The position numbers were made by a program, and so were the translations under genes. From a virus: a stretch of 64,000 bases of DNA. Every line of letters begins with the position of its first letter. Position 1 is the stretch's first letter. The DNA is taken from the IMG/VR virus record IMGVR_UViG_3300008259_004660, positions 32,001 through 96,000 of that record. One strand, written 5' to 3'. Below the pieces are notes generated by a model. That model did no database searches. It saw only the letters and a program-made list of their open reading frames with translations, and was not told the origin of the DNA. Shown here one piece after another: positions 39,948 to 48,968 of the stretch.

Positions 39948-40087
39948 AAATTTAGGTACCCCCCCCCCCTTCTTATATACAACAAAATATTGACAGCTGG
40001 CTAAAAATGTATATAGTACCAAATATCTTAAGCACATAATGTGTTTAGGTATAACATAACGAAAACAAAAAGTAATACGATAAATAT

Positions 40088-40477
40088 ATGAATAATATAT
40101 CATTGGTAGGTAATGTAGTTAAGGATCCAACAACACGTTCTACACCCTCGGGTAAGAATGTATCAACACTGCGTCTTGCGGTCAACAATCCTCTTAATGA
40201 CAAAGAAGTTCTTTTCATTGATGTTGATAGTTGGGACAAGCAGGCAGAATTTGTTGGTAAACATGTTAAGAAGGGCAGCTTGGTCAGTGTAGCTGGCCGA
40301 CTCAAGATGGATGAATGGGTAAAAGATGGTGCAAAGCAAAGCAAGTATTTTGTTGTTGCTGATCGCATCAACTTTGTTGGTGGAAAAAAGAAGGAAGATG
40401 GTGGTGTTTCAAGTGATTCACAAAGTGATGAATTTGATGATGCTGCTTTTGCTGCTGCCGCAGGAATCAAGCAGTAA
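40088..40477 (+). CDS. ssb: Single-stranded DNA-binding protein
   Basis: MNNISLVGNVVKDP, LRLAVN, FIDVDSW..AE, KGSLVSVAGRL..W, acidic tail. Confidence 0.92.
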   Translation: MNNISLVGNVVKDPTTRSTPSGKNVSTLRLAVNNPLNDKEVLFIDVDSWDKQAEFVGKHVKKGSLVSVAGRLKMDEWVKDGAKQSKYFVVADRINFVGGKKKEDGGVSSDSQSDEFDDAAFAAAAGIKQ

Positions 40478-40489
40478 AATAAAATAAAA

Positions 40490-40565
40490 AATTGGGGAAA
40501 TTTCCCCAATTCATAAGTTCTTGAGTATCAATGAGTTACAAAGCACATAACTTGTTGATACTCAA
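40490..40565. repeat. Perfect 22-bp palindrome followed by an imperfect inverted repeat
   Basis: aattggggaaatttccccaatt (40490-40511); ttgagtatcaa...ttgatactcaa (40521-40565). Confidence 0.8.
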
Positions 40566-40856
40566 TTACTTACAATAAATTTATTTTTCCTAGCACCATT
40601 TTTTGTCTCGACTTTTTTTATTTTTTGTGCTATACTATTTGAGTCAGGGGGAGTCATTTTTTTTGACACAACCTTGGAATTTGGGTAGCCTTCGGTCCCC
40701 TACCCTTGGGTCACCCTCTCGGGATTCGCCCTGTCTCGGCTTTTCGGAATCTATCTCCTACTTCCACCGTGATACCATTATCGCAGAAATTAAAAAAAAT
40801 GGAAGCCCAACGAATTTTGTAACTCGTTGAGCTGTAACAACCGAACAAAAACCCCC

Positions 40857-41387
40857 TTAGTAGGGATTGTTGCTCTTGATCCATTCCTCAAGGTCAGCCT
40901 CGCTTGGAGGCGTTACGCCGAGCTTCATCACGTTATCCATTGAGGTATAGACCCTTGTGCCGTCCAATAGGCGCAACCCGATGCGATATGAGTTTGGGCG
41001 AAAGCTGTCCCTACCTTTCCAAACCACTTCACCCTTCGTTCCCTTGGCTACCTTGCGGCCCTTGACTACCTCAACCTCGCAGCCAACGTCGATAAACGCA
41101 CGGCGACCCATCAGCACGCTGTACGCCATCTTGGGGCCAACCTCACGGTTCCACCAAGCACGCGCCTTGGCTACCACTTCCTCCGTAGCGTCAGCGCGGT
41201 GATACTTGCTTGGGGCGTATGCGCGAGTGGTGCCGTCATCAATGGTGCGCACGCAACCCTGCTCTTCGTCCCAAACCGTCGCGTAGAAATCCGAGTCGTG
41301 ATAGCCGTTGCGCTCGCTGGTTCCAAGCACGCAACCCGTGAAATCACGGTCATAGTCACAAACCTTGGCTTCAATGATGGTACTCAT
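40857..41387 (-). CDS. Hypothetical protein with KOW/SH3-like segment
   Basis: GCEVEVVKGRKVAKGTKGEV; minus-strand promoter CTTTAC..CAAACT..GCACT-ATG. Confidence 0.7.
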   Translation of the reverse strand: MSTIIEAKVCDYDRDFTGCVLGTSERNGYHDSDFYATVWDEEQGCVRTIDDGTTRAYAPSKYHRADATEEVVAKARAWWNREVGPKMAYSVLMGRRAFIDVGCEVEVVKGRKVAKGTKGEVVWKGRDSFRPNSYRIGLRLLDGTRVYTSMDNVMKLGVTPPSEADLEEWIKSNNPY

Positions 41388-41665
41388 AGTGCAGCCAGTT
41401 TGATCAAATATTTTTAAAAGGTAAAGAAAAAAATGATGTACATTGAATTTTTCGCATCAACAAAATTTGTGTAGGAGTTGGTGCCCTACTCTTGGAGTTT
41501 CATCTCCTCATCTAGTCTCTTCGGGATCTTGCCCTACTCTCGACTACCAAAACAGTCTAGCAGAGTTTTTAAAAAATACCATCAAATAAACTTTTGTAAG
41601 TCGTTGATGAATTTTCTCAACTTTGTTCTTTACTTTTTTATTTTTTCCATCAAGATGTATGCACA

Positions 41666-41929
41666 ATGAAGACCACATACGGTTCAGCGGTTCCGATCTA
41701 CTGCTCCACCAGTTTTGATTGGAAGGGCAATGTTGGATGGGCGGACGAAAGCAAACTCATCAAACTTGACACATATCATTCTTCTCTTAATTACAATGGA
41801 GTTGGTATCAAAAGCATCAAAACTGGTGAAGTTAAATATTTCGAGCCCATCTATGATGAAGATGGTTATGATGGCGAGTATATGATGTTTGGCTGCGACA
41901 ATATAAGTGTGCAGATTTGGAACTATTAA
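41666..41929 (+). CDS. Hypothetical protein
   Basis: Own promoter, GCACA-ATG. Confidence 0.65.
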   Translation: MKTTYGSAVPIYCSTSFDWKGNVGWADESKLIKLDTYHSSLNYNGVGIKSIKTGEVKYFEPIYDEDGYDGEYMMFGCDNISVQIWNY

Positions 41930-41932
41930 AAA

Positions 41933-42115
41933 ATGAAACATTCTTTGGAACTTAATAAGAACCAACTAGTAGCTACATTGTGTGCGCTAGAATTGTTCTT
42001 GGAGGATTGTGAACGTGAAGAGCATCATGGCAGCAATCCTATTGACCCATCATTCAAGAAGGGTGTAGAACAGACCATCAAGAAGTTGAACAAAGAATAC
42101 AAGAAACTTTCTTGA
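41933..42115 (+). CDS. Hypothetical protein
   Basis: Stop in next -35 box. Confidence 0.6.
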   Translation: MKHSLELNKNQLVATLCALELFLEDCEREEHHGSNPIDPSFKKGVEQTIKKLNKEYKKLS

Positions 42116-42147
42116 CTTTTCATAAATCCTAGATCAACATCTGGACA

Positions 42148-43539
42148 ATGCAAATCGATACCACAGGTTTGCTTGAACCTCAATTCAAGCACGTGCAGAA
42201 GCTCGTAGACTCACTGTATCTTAATGGTCATGCCGTGGATATGAGTGAGACGGGCACCGGAAAGACTTATGCGGCAGCGGCGGTCATTCGCGAAATGAAT
42301 CGTCCATTCGCCGTGATTTGTCCCAAGAGTGTTATTCACCAATGGGAAAAGATTCTGGCCAGCTTCAAACTTAAAGCCACTACACTGATCAACTATGAAA
42401 AGCTTGGTCGTGGAAACACCAAGTATATGAAGTGGAAGAAGTTGCCGGATCCCGTGCGTCCTTATCAGGAGAATGCCACTGCCGAACTTCCTCAGTTCAA
42501 TTTCGATCCCAACACATTAATTGTGGTTGATGAGGGTCACAAGTGCAAAGGTAATAACACCAGCAACAGTTGGATGATGATTGCACTAAAGCTTCAAGGA
42601 TATCGTGTACTGGTATCTTCCGCCACTGTTGCAACGTCTCCTCTTGAGATGCGTGCGTTTGGGTTTTTGACCAATCTCCATGCTCTCTACAACTTCAGAG
42701 ATTTTTGCCGAGTGCATGGTGCGGAATTGCTTCCACAGTATGGCGCGATGAGTTTCAATCTTGCGAGCCAAGCTGCACGCGAGTCTATGCTGAGACTTAA
42801 TGAGTATCTTTTCGATACCAGCAAGTGCGCAAGTCGCATGAAGGTAGAGGATTTTGGCAAGCAGTTTCCAGAGTCCCATATTGTGGCGGAAGCATATGAC
42901 CTTGGGTCCAATGAAGCCAAGATTCAATCCGTTTACGATGATATGGACGCCGAGTTGGCCAAGCTTGAAGAGAAGGCTCAGAACTACAGCGAACACGTGT
43001 TTGCCGTGATGATGGAGGCTCGTCGCAAGGCAGAACTTTGCAAGGTGCCGCTATTCGTTGAAATGGCGGAAGATCTCTACGACGAAGGTAAGAGCGTTGC
43101 GTTGTTTCTCAACTTCACTGATACTGTGGATGCCGTCGTCAAGCGTCTTGAGAAGATGCCGAAATTCAAGGACCAAATTGGCTACATTGTCGGCGGACAA
43201 ACTGACAAGCAGCGCATTTCTGACATTGAGGCATTTCAATCCGACAAGAAGCGAGTGATGGTGATCAATATCGCTGCTGGCGGAACGGGTGTTTCATTGC
43301 ACGACCTCAATGGCAAATTTCCACGCGCCAGCATCATCAGCCCCAATTGGAGCGCATACAATATGCGCCAAGCATTGGGTCGAATCTGGCGCTTGGAAGG
43401 CAAGACCAAGAGTTATCAGCGCATTGTTTACGCTGCCAAGTGCATCGAGGAAAATATCTGCCATCGCGTTCAAGCCAAGTTGCAGTGCCTCGACACGCTC
43501 AACGACGGTGACCTCGCTGAGAGTTTGACTTTGGTGTAA
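42148..43539 (+). CDS. SNF2/SF2-type helicase-like ATPase (paralog 2)
   Basis: SETGTGKT, VVDEGH, SSATVAT, GGTGVSLHDLNG, QALGRIWR. Confidence 0.9.
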   Translation: MQIDTTGLLEPQFKHVQKLVDSLYLNGHAVDMSETGTGKTYAAAAVIREMNRPFAVICPKSVIHQWEKILASFKLKATTLINYEKLGRGNTKYMKWKKLPDPVRPYQENATAELPQFNFDPNTLIVVDEGHKCKGNNTSNSWMMIALKLQGYRVLVSSATVATSPLEMRAFGFLTNLHALYNFRDFCRVHGAELLPQYGAMSFNLASQAARESMLRLNEYLFDTSKCASRMKVEDFGKQFPESHIVAEAYDLGSNEAKIQSVYDDMDAELAKLEEKAQNYSEHVFAVMMEARRKAELCKVPLFVEMAEDLYDEGKSVALFLNFTDTVDAVVKRLEKMPKFKDQIGYIVGGQTDKQRISDIEAFQSDKKRVMVINIAAGGTGVSLHDLNGKFPRASIISPNWSAYNMRQALGRIWRLEGKTKSYQRIVYAAKCIEENICHRVQAKLQCLDTLNDGDLAESLTLV

Positions 43540-43549
43540 ACCATTGGAG

Positions 43550-43590
43550 TGGCGGGGGATGTGAGTGGTATCCATCCCTCGCCACTTTAT
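43550..43590 (+). terminator. Probable intrinsic terminator
   Basis: gtggcgggggat ... atccctcgccac followed by ttt. Confidence 0.5.
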
Positions 43591-43630
43591 TCTCGACTTT
43601 TTATAAAACATCAACCATACTGCTTGCACG

Positions 43631-43900
43631 ATGAACAACACCCTCACGTTTCACTCTGACGCTGGTCACGGTTGGCTGGAAGTCTCTGATCGCGATCTGG
43701 CTGATCTTCACGCCACTCCGAAGTACTTCTCTGGTTACAGCTATCGCAAGGGCAACCGCTACTTTCTTGAGGAAGACTGCGATGCGCCGAAGTTCATTGC
43801 CTTGTTCAAAGCTAAGTATGGTGAAAAGCCCACCATTGAAGAGCAGTATCACGATGGTGACTTTGTTGAGGACAACAATCTGAACAGCATCCGATTCTAA
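43631..43900 (+). CDS. Conserved MGE hypothetical protein
   Basis: FHSDAGHGWL ... YFLEEDCDA pattern. Confidence 0.7.
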   Translation: MNNTLTFHSDAGHGWLEVSDRDLADLHATPKYFSGYSYRKGNRYFLEEDCDAPKFIALFKAKYGEKPTIEEQYHDGDFVEDNNLNSIRF

Positions 43901-43901
43901 A

Positions 43902-44183
43902 ATGAAAACATCCACACTTCCTGTAAATTATGTGAACTGCCGATGCGTTACTATGAGCGCATTGGCAGGAATAAGTCGGGATGCTTCTGAAGCAATCAGC
44001 AGCCTGTATATTTCAGACATTGATCTGCATCTTGGACATAATGGAACTGGCACACTTATTTCCAATCGTGCTTTCATTGATCTGTTGGCAAAGGTTGTGC
44101 CAAACAAGCATCTTGGCTACGAGCAAATCATTCAAGCCATCAATGATCTTGACGACGACATTCACATCGACCTTGAGAATTAA
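43902..44183 (+). CDS. Hypothetical protein (paralog-like of 49786)
   Basis: TLISNRAFIDLL...DIHIDLEN vs RTLIDIPHFLRLL...EVYIDLEN. Confidence 0.6.
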   Translation: MKTSTLPVNYVNCRCVTMSALAGISRDASEAISSLYISDIDLHLGHNGTGTLISNRAFIDLLAKVVPNKHLGYEQIIQAINDLDDDIHIDLEN

Positions 44184-44223
44184 TCCTTGACTTTTTATAA
44201 ATTATCCCTAGACTGATTGGACG

Positions 44224-44424
44224 ATGAAAACCTACCGCATCTACACTCCTTGGGACAACATCACCATTGAAGCGAAGAACGCCAAGCAGGCTCGCATTGA
44301 AGCTGTGAAGCAACTGCTTTACGAGATTGAGACAGATTGCGGAGCTTCCCTCGACATTGAGGAAGTTGAAGAAGAGACGAATGGATTTGATGGCGTCGGT
44401 GCTGTTGACCAAACTGGCATTTAA
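44224..44424 (+). CDS. Hypothetical protein
   Basis: Promoter cassette at 44188. Confidence 0.65.
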   Translation: MKTYRIYTPWDNITIEAKNAKQARIEAVKQLLYEIETDCGASLDIEEVEEETNGFDGVGAVDQTGI

Positions 44425-44464
44425 TCCTTGACTTTTTATAATTCTCTGTTAGAGTATTACCACG

Positions 44465-44701
44465 ATGAAAAACGAACTCGCAATCAAGCTCGTCGCTGCT
44501 GCCGACAAGTATCGTGCAGTTGAGCGTAACTATGAGGGTGCTGCTGAAGTGGTCCAATCAGATTACGAAGACCTCATCAGCATTGCTGGTATGATTGAAA
44601 ACAACGAGAGTAAGAAATCCATATCCAATGCTATGTGGAATCTTGACACTCTTGTGCGCGATGTTATTCCTGATAAAGTTTATAACGCTTACAACCGATG
44701 A
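44465..44701 (+). CDS. Hypothetical protein
   Basis: Promoter cassette, CACG-ATG. Confidence 0.65.
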   Translation: MKNELAIKLVAAADKYRAVERNYEGAAEVVQSDYEDLISIAGMIENNESKKSISNAMWNLDTLVRDVIPDKVYNAYNR

Positions 44702-44862
44702 AAACATACACGGCTGAAGTTACTGTTCGTCTCAAGATCAACGCGAACAGTGAAGACGATGCGCGTTATGCGCTTCAAGAAATGGATTATTCGTTTGACT
44801 TTATTCAAGACCGCGCCGAAATTACTAGCTCCGAAATCACCGATCAACTCATCAAGGACTAA
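44698..44862 (+). CDS. Hypothetical protein, 54 aa (not in ORF track)
   Basis: ATGA overlap; MKTYTAEVTVRLKINANSEDDA. Confidence 0.6.
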   Translation: MKTYTAEVTVRLKINANSEDDARYALQEMDYSFDFIQDRAEITSSEITDQLIKD

Positions 44863-44864
44863 CA

Positions 44865-45269
44865 ATGGCTAACTATTACGAACAGGCTCGCACCAATTAT
44901 TTCAACGTCAAGGACGCTGCTGCATTCCAAAAGTTTATTGAGACATTCAGAGGTATTGATCTTGTTGTTCAAGAGCAGACTGGACAGTATGCTCTGCTTT
45001 TTGACGAGACTGGCATTCCTTGTTCTATCTACGACGAGGAGACTGATGACCACATTGATGTTGATTTTCCTTACGAAGTTTCACAACATCTGACCGATGA
45101 CAGCATTGCTGTTTTCGAAGCGATTGGTAGTGAAAAGATGCGCTATCTTTGCGGCTATGCCATTGCGGTCAATAGCAAGGGAGAGCGTGAGGACATTAAC
45201 ATCTCTGAAATCTATGCACGCGCCAAGGAAAAGTTTGGCGTGAAAGAAATTGGCGAGGCGAGTTATTGA
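44865..45269 (+). CDS. Hypothetical protein
   Basis: MANYY..ARTNYFNVKD pattern. Confidence 0.7.
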   Translation: MANYYEQARTNYFNVKDAAAFQKFIETFRGIDLVVQEQTGQYALLFDETGIPCSIYDEETDDHIDVDFPYEVSQHLTDDSIAVFEAIGSEKMRYLCGYAIAVNSKGEREDINISEIYARAKEKFGVKEIGEASY

Positions 45270-45309
45270 TCTTGACTTTTTATAAAATCTAACCAAACTA
45301 ACTAATACT

Positions 45310-45843
45310 ATGGGATACACAACTGACTTCAATGGTGACTTTGGTCTTGATAAGGTGCTCGCCCCCGAGCACAAAGCCTACTTGCAAAAGTTTGCTCAAA
45401 CGCGCAGAATGAAGCGCAAGGAAGAGCTTACGCTTGAACGCGAAGACCCTATCCGCGATGCTGCGGAACTTCCCGTCGGCTATGACGGTGCATATTTTGT
45501 CGGTGAATTGGGAGACTTTGGTCAAGGAATCGGACACAATCAAAAAGGCATTCCCGACCTTGTTGACTATAACAATCCTCCGTCTGGTCAGCCAAGTCTG
45601 TGGTGTCAATGGACTCCGAGCGATGATGGTTATTCAATCAAATGGGACGGTGGTGAGAAGTTCTATCATTATGTGGAGTGGATTGAGTATCTCATCGAAC
45701 ACTTCCTTAAGCCGTGGGGTTACACTCTTAACGGCGAGGTGGAGTGGTATGGCGAGGACGCCAATGATCGCGGCATGATTGTTATTGACAACAACGTTGT
45801 TAAGACCAAGATTGCTCGTATTGTTTACGAAGACGCCGAATAA
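45310..45843 (+). CDS. Conserved phage hypothetical protein
   Basis: MGYTTDFNG ... PSLWCQW ... WDGGEKFY.YVEWIEYLI..FL. Confidence 0.75.
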   Translation: MGYTTDFNGDFGLDKVLAPEHKAYLQKFAQTRRMKRKEELTLEREDPIRDAAELPVGYDGAYFVGELGDFGQGIGHNQKGIPDLVDYNNPPSGQPSLWCQWTPSDDGYSIKWDGGEKFYHYVEWIEYLIEHFLKPWGYTLNGEVEWYGEDANDRGMIVIDNNVVKTKIARIVYEDAE

Positions 45844-45844
45844 A

Positions 45845-46036
45845 ATGAGCAACAAGCAATACTATACAGACAACAAAGGTAGATGGATTGGTTCTGTCAC
45901 CACCGAAAGCAATGGTCGCAAGACCATTTTGGATAACAAAGGTGCTCTACTCGGTCGAGTGCACGATGGTAAGACACTTGACAACAAAGGAGCATTTTTT
46001 GGACGCGGAGATCAATCACAAAGACTGTTCAAGTAA
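45845..46036 (+). CDS. Small beta-repeat protein
   Basis: Three D-N-K-G repeats (YTDNKGRWIG, ILDNKGALLG, TLDNKGAFFG). Confidence 0.6.
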   Translation: MSNKQYYTDNKGRWIGSVTTESNGRKTILDNKGALLGRVHDGKTLDNKGAFFGRGDQSQRLFK

Positions 46037-46042
46037 AATTTG

Positions 46043-46315
46043 ATGACAAACAACGACACCGTAAAAATTCTTATCATTGATAGCGCCAAGACGCCGATTC
46101 ATACAGAGAAGTATGAATTCAATGCCACTGACGCTGATAAAATCAAAGAGACAATTCTTTCATCTCTTAATCGACTTGGCAAAGCAACACATGCATTAAT
46201 CAAGTACAAGAACGAGTATTTTATTGCAGATCATACTGCACAAGGTAAGAATATGTCTGAAACATATTATCGCCACAAGATCAAGTATCATCCGTTTATG
46301 AAGTATTTAGCATGA
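46043..46315 (+). CDS. Hypothetical protein
   Basis: ATG 46043. Confidence 0.55.
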   Translation: MTNNDTVKILIIDSAKTPIHTEKYEFNATDADKIKETILSSLNRLGKATHALIKYKNEYFIADHTAQGKNMSETYYRHKIKYHPFMKYLA

Positions 46316-46542
46316 ACATCTATCATCTAGACATCAAAGATAAAGAAGATCATCAGTTTGACATTGATTATCATTTTTCTCATCCTACAAAAGGTGCATC
46401 AAATCTGTATGATGATTTCTACACAGCATATGACAAGGTAAGTGAAAGTGAGAATGATTGGAACATTGTTGACATTTTAAATGAACTTGGTAATATGGGA
46501 TGGACAAAAGTAGATGTTCTAACGGTAGATGTCTTTTATTAA
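46312..46542 (+). CDS. Hypothetical protein
   Basis: ATGA overlap. Confidence 0.55.
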   Translation: MNIYHLDIKDKEDHQFDIDYHFSHPTKGASNLYDDFYTAYDKVSESENDWNIVDILNELGNMGWTKVDVLTVDVFY

Positions 46543-46821
46543 AAAATTAAAAAACCATCACTTTTTTCTCGACAAATAGAATATATATGCTAAAGTAGAA
46601 TTGTTCTTTAAATAACATAGATAGGTAAGCATCCCTTTGATGAACCTACGGTGCGCATATCGCGCCGCCAGAATAATACAAGCTACAGACAGAGATGAAA
46701 GAAGCAAGTAGAGATAATGGTGGAGAGAAAGCGACAAACAAACATAGACAAAGATCATTGCTTGGTTAAATCGTAGGCTGTGGATGGATGGAGAATCAGT
46801 CGGTTTGAAAAATAATTTTGT

Positions 46822-46896
46822 GGCAGGGTAGAGTATGCGGTAACTCGTCACGCTCATAATGTGAAGCAACGGATTCAAACGCCGTCCCTGCTCCCA
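46822..46896 (+). tRNA. Divergent tRNA with CAT anticodon (Met-like, non-canonical T-arm)
   Basis: GGCAGGG/CCCTGCT acceptor, GAGT/ACTC D-stem, TCACG-CTCATAA-TGTGA, T-loop TTCAAAC with A53:G61 mismatch, 3' CCCA. Confidence 0.6.
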
Positions 46897-46937
46897 ATTT
46901 TGTATGTGTCCTGCGACGGGGCATACAAGAAAAAAAG

Positions 46938-46971
46938 AAAAGACCACGCTCCCGAAGGCGTGGTCTTTTTT
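46938..46971 (+). terminator. Intrinsic terminator
   Basis: aaagaccacgc/gcgtggtcttt stem plus T-run. Confidence 0.75.
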
Positions 46972-47010
46972 CTTGACTTTTTTAAAAAAAGTCTCCAAGA
47001 TGTTCGCACG

Positions 47011-47157
47011 ATGAAACCCTGCGTCAAGGTTGGAAACAAACTCATTCCACGCAAAAACGTGGAGTTTATTGATATTGAAGAGTGTCCTCTTACTGGCAGA
47101 GATATCATCACGTTTGAATACAAAGGCAATATTCACAAGTCTTATCTCTTTATCTAA
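47011..47157 (+). CDS. Hypothetical protein, 48 aa
   Basis: Promoter cassette at 46974, CACG-ATG. Confidence 0.6.
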   Translation: MKPCVKVGNKLIPRKNVEFIDIEECPLTGRDIITFEYKGNIHKSYLFI

Positions 47158-47158
47158 A

Positions 47159-47497
47159 ATGAACATCGACTCTATTAGCATCAATGAGTATGATCTGCCC
47201 ATGATCATTCGCAACAATGTGCGAATTGATTGGGTCAATCTTGGTGAAGGAAATGATGGGGATTATGACCCAACTGACAAGTATGATGAAAACCTTCTTC
47301 GTTTTGATGTTTATCGCTTCGACGGCAAGGAGTGGGAAGCTATTGAAGATGGTAGCTATTGCACTCAAGTAGCTGCTGGTACAGACCAAAAGATTTTGAT
47401 TGAACATCTTCGTCACTTTATGGACACCATCTATGACGATGTTTCCACACACGGCAAAGCAAAGCGACTCTGCGAACAGCTTTCTTGGATTGAATAA
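47159..47497 (+). CDS. Hypothetical protein
   Basis: LGEGNDGDYDP..D.NLLRFDV ... SYCT pattern. Confidence 0.65.
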   Translation: MNIDSISINEYDLPMIIRNNVRIDWVNLGEGNDGDYDPTDKYDENLLRFDVYRFDGKEWEAIEDGSYCTQVAAGTDQKILIEHLRHFMDTIYDDVSTHGKAKRLCEQLSWIE

Positions 47498-47500
47498 TTC

Positions 47501-47537
47501 TTGACTTTTTATAAAATTAATGTAGGATGGTCGCACG
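47501..47537 (+). promoter_or_regulatory. Representative early-type promoter cassette (TTGACT-N16-YANNNT-N7-10-ATG), repeated dozens of times 15.7-59.6 kb
   Basis: TTGACT 47501, spacer ttttataaaattaatg, TAGGAT 47523, ggtcgcacg, ATG 47538; same layout at e.g. 20454, 20816, 22003, 42112, 44428, 45272, 46974, 49241, 49750, 52468, 54161, 55593, 58841, 59306. Confidence 0.85.
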
Positions 47538-48257
47538 ATGAACGAACTACTCCTCGCCAAACTCAAGAAGCTCCTCAATCTCAGCAAGTCCGCCAACATT
47601 CACGAGGCGGAGCTTGCTCTCCAAAAGGCTACGGCAATGGCGGCAGAAGCTGGTATCGACCTTGCGATGGTAACTGCCAAGGCTGACAGCGAGGCTGAGA
47701 AGCTGGAAATGGTGCAGGAGACTGCCTTCAATGGCAAGCGTCTGCCTAGCCTTCAGAAGTATGCCTCTTGGCTCCTAAACAAGCATTTCAATGTCCACGT
47801 GATTTATTCTGGCGGGCGCTACTTTGGTCGCAGCGTCAACATTCTCGGAGACAAGCGTGATGTCGAGTTTGCCAAGTTCGTCAACGAGTTTGTGCAGGAT
47901 GATATGCAGCGCCGTTGGGAGTATTACAAGAAGAGCAACGGTTTGAGCGTGCGCATGAAAGACACTTTCATGTACAACCTTTGGCGTGGGTTGGACAGCA
48001 AGCTGACCGAAGCCAAGGCGGCGGCGGAAACTGCCAAGTTCAACGCTATGCCGCAGGAGCAGGTGGCGGACACCAAAGCTCGTTATGGCATCGTGATTTC
48101 GGACAAGAAGGCGGCGGTGCAGCAGTTCGTCAGCAAGACTTATCCCCGCTTGTCAAGCACAAGAATTTCGGTTCGCAACTTTTCTAACTCGACAGTTGCG
48201 ACGGATGGGTATTCAGTTGGGCGTTCAATGAACATCAGCCGCCCAATCGCATGCTAA
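47538..48257 (+). CDS. DUF2786-like protein
   Basis: LLAKLKKLLNLSKSANIHEAELALQKA N-terminus. Confidence 0.7.
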   Translation: MNELLLAKLKKLLNLSKSANIHEAELALQKATAMAAEAGIDLAMVTAKADSEAEKLEMVQETAFNGKRLPSLQKYASWLLNKHFNVHVIYSGGRYFGRSVNILGDKRDVEFAKFVNEFVQDDMQRRWEYYKKSNGLSVRMKDTFMYNLWRGLDSKLTEAKAAAETAKFNAMPQEQVADTKARYGIVISDKKAAVQQFVSKTYPRLSSTRISVRNFSNSTVATDGYSVGRSMNISRPIAC

Positions 48258-48736
48258 CCTATCGCCAAAATATCACCCACTACCCACAGTTGGGAGCATA
48301 CAACTGTGGGCCTGTGGCCCTTTCCTGCCTCTTTGACACCTCGTTGGAGCAACTGGAGAAAATGGTGGAATGCGACAAAGACAAGGGCACGTACACCACC
48401 AAGGTGGTTGACGCAATGAAGCGTGAGAAAATTGAGTGCAGCCATATCTCCCTTAATGGTGACGGTGAAAACCATCTGTGGTGGTTGGAGCTTAACTCCT
48501 ACCGTTGGCCCATCTACCTTGGTTGTCACTTCATCGTGCAGGGCAAGCGTGGTCGCCCCAGCAACCACCATCACGCTGTGCTGCTCGCGAATGGTATGAT
48601 CTATGATGGCAACAGCCATCGTGAGGAGCCAATCGGTGCTGTCGCAGAGAAGTTCAACAAGAAGTTTGTTGTGAAAGATGCAATCATCTTCCATCATGAA
48701 TTGAAGGGTTGGAAACAAAATTTGGAAGCCGCATAA
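48251..48736 (+). CDS. Papain-fold peptidase (C39-like)
   Basis: Q..AYNCGPVAL ... HHAVLL..G.IYD. Confidence 0.65.
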   Translation: MLTYRQNITHYPQLGAYNCGPVALSCLFDTSLEQLEKMVECDKDKGTYTTKVVDAMKREKIECSHISLNGDGENHLWWLELNSYRWPIYLGCHFIVQGKRGRPSNHHHAVLLANGMIYDGNSHREEPIGAVAEKFNKKFVVKDAIIFHHELKGWKQNLEAA

Positions 48737-48968
48737 CTTTTTTCACGAAAAATTAAATTTTTTGTTGACTTTGTTTGGAAATAAAATATTTATCGGTGAT
48801 CCCTTTTTCTCCGATGAAGCTCATAATTTCCAGTGGTAAAATTTTAAAGGTCAATCACCCAAATCTTCCTATACCAGCCCCCACGCAATTACCCGCGCCA
48901 AGATTGGTCACAGAAAAAAAAGTGAAAAAGCCTTGACATTTTTTATTTTTTAATCATCCTAATTAGCA

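Larger units (their letters stand above)
17809..39961 (+). repeat. Dispersed co-oriented motif TTTAGGTACCC, nine copies
   Basis: At 17809, 28599, 32976, 37485, 38410, 38986, 39762, 39860, 39951; usually followed by a C/CAC tract. Confidence 0.85.

Noticed and set aside
46560-46820. Protein-coding or tmRNA identity for the gap before the divergent tRNA
   Set aside because: Only short unconvincing ORFs; no tmRNA-like ends; left unassigned.
48780-48930. Antisense promoter and small RNA upstream of 48969
   Set aside because: The -35/-10 spacing would be 14 nt, unlike the 16-nt cassette consensus; no clear structure.
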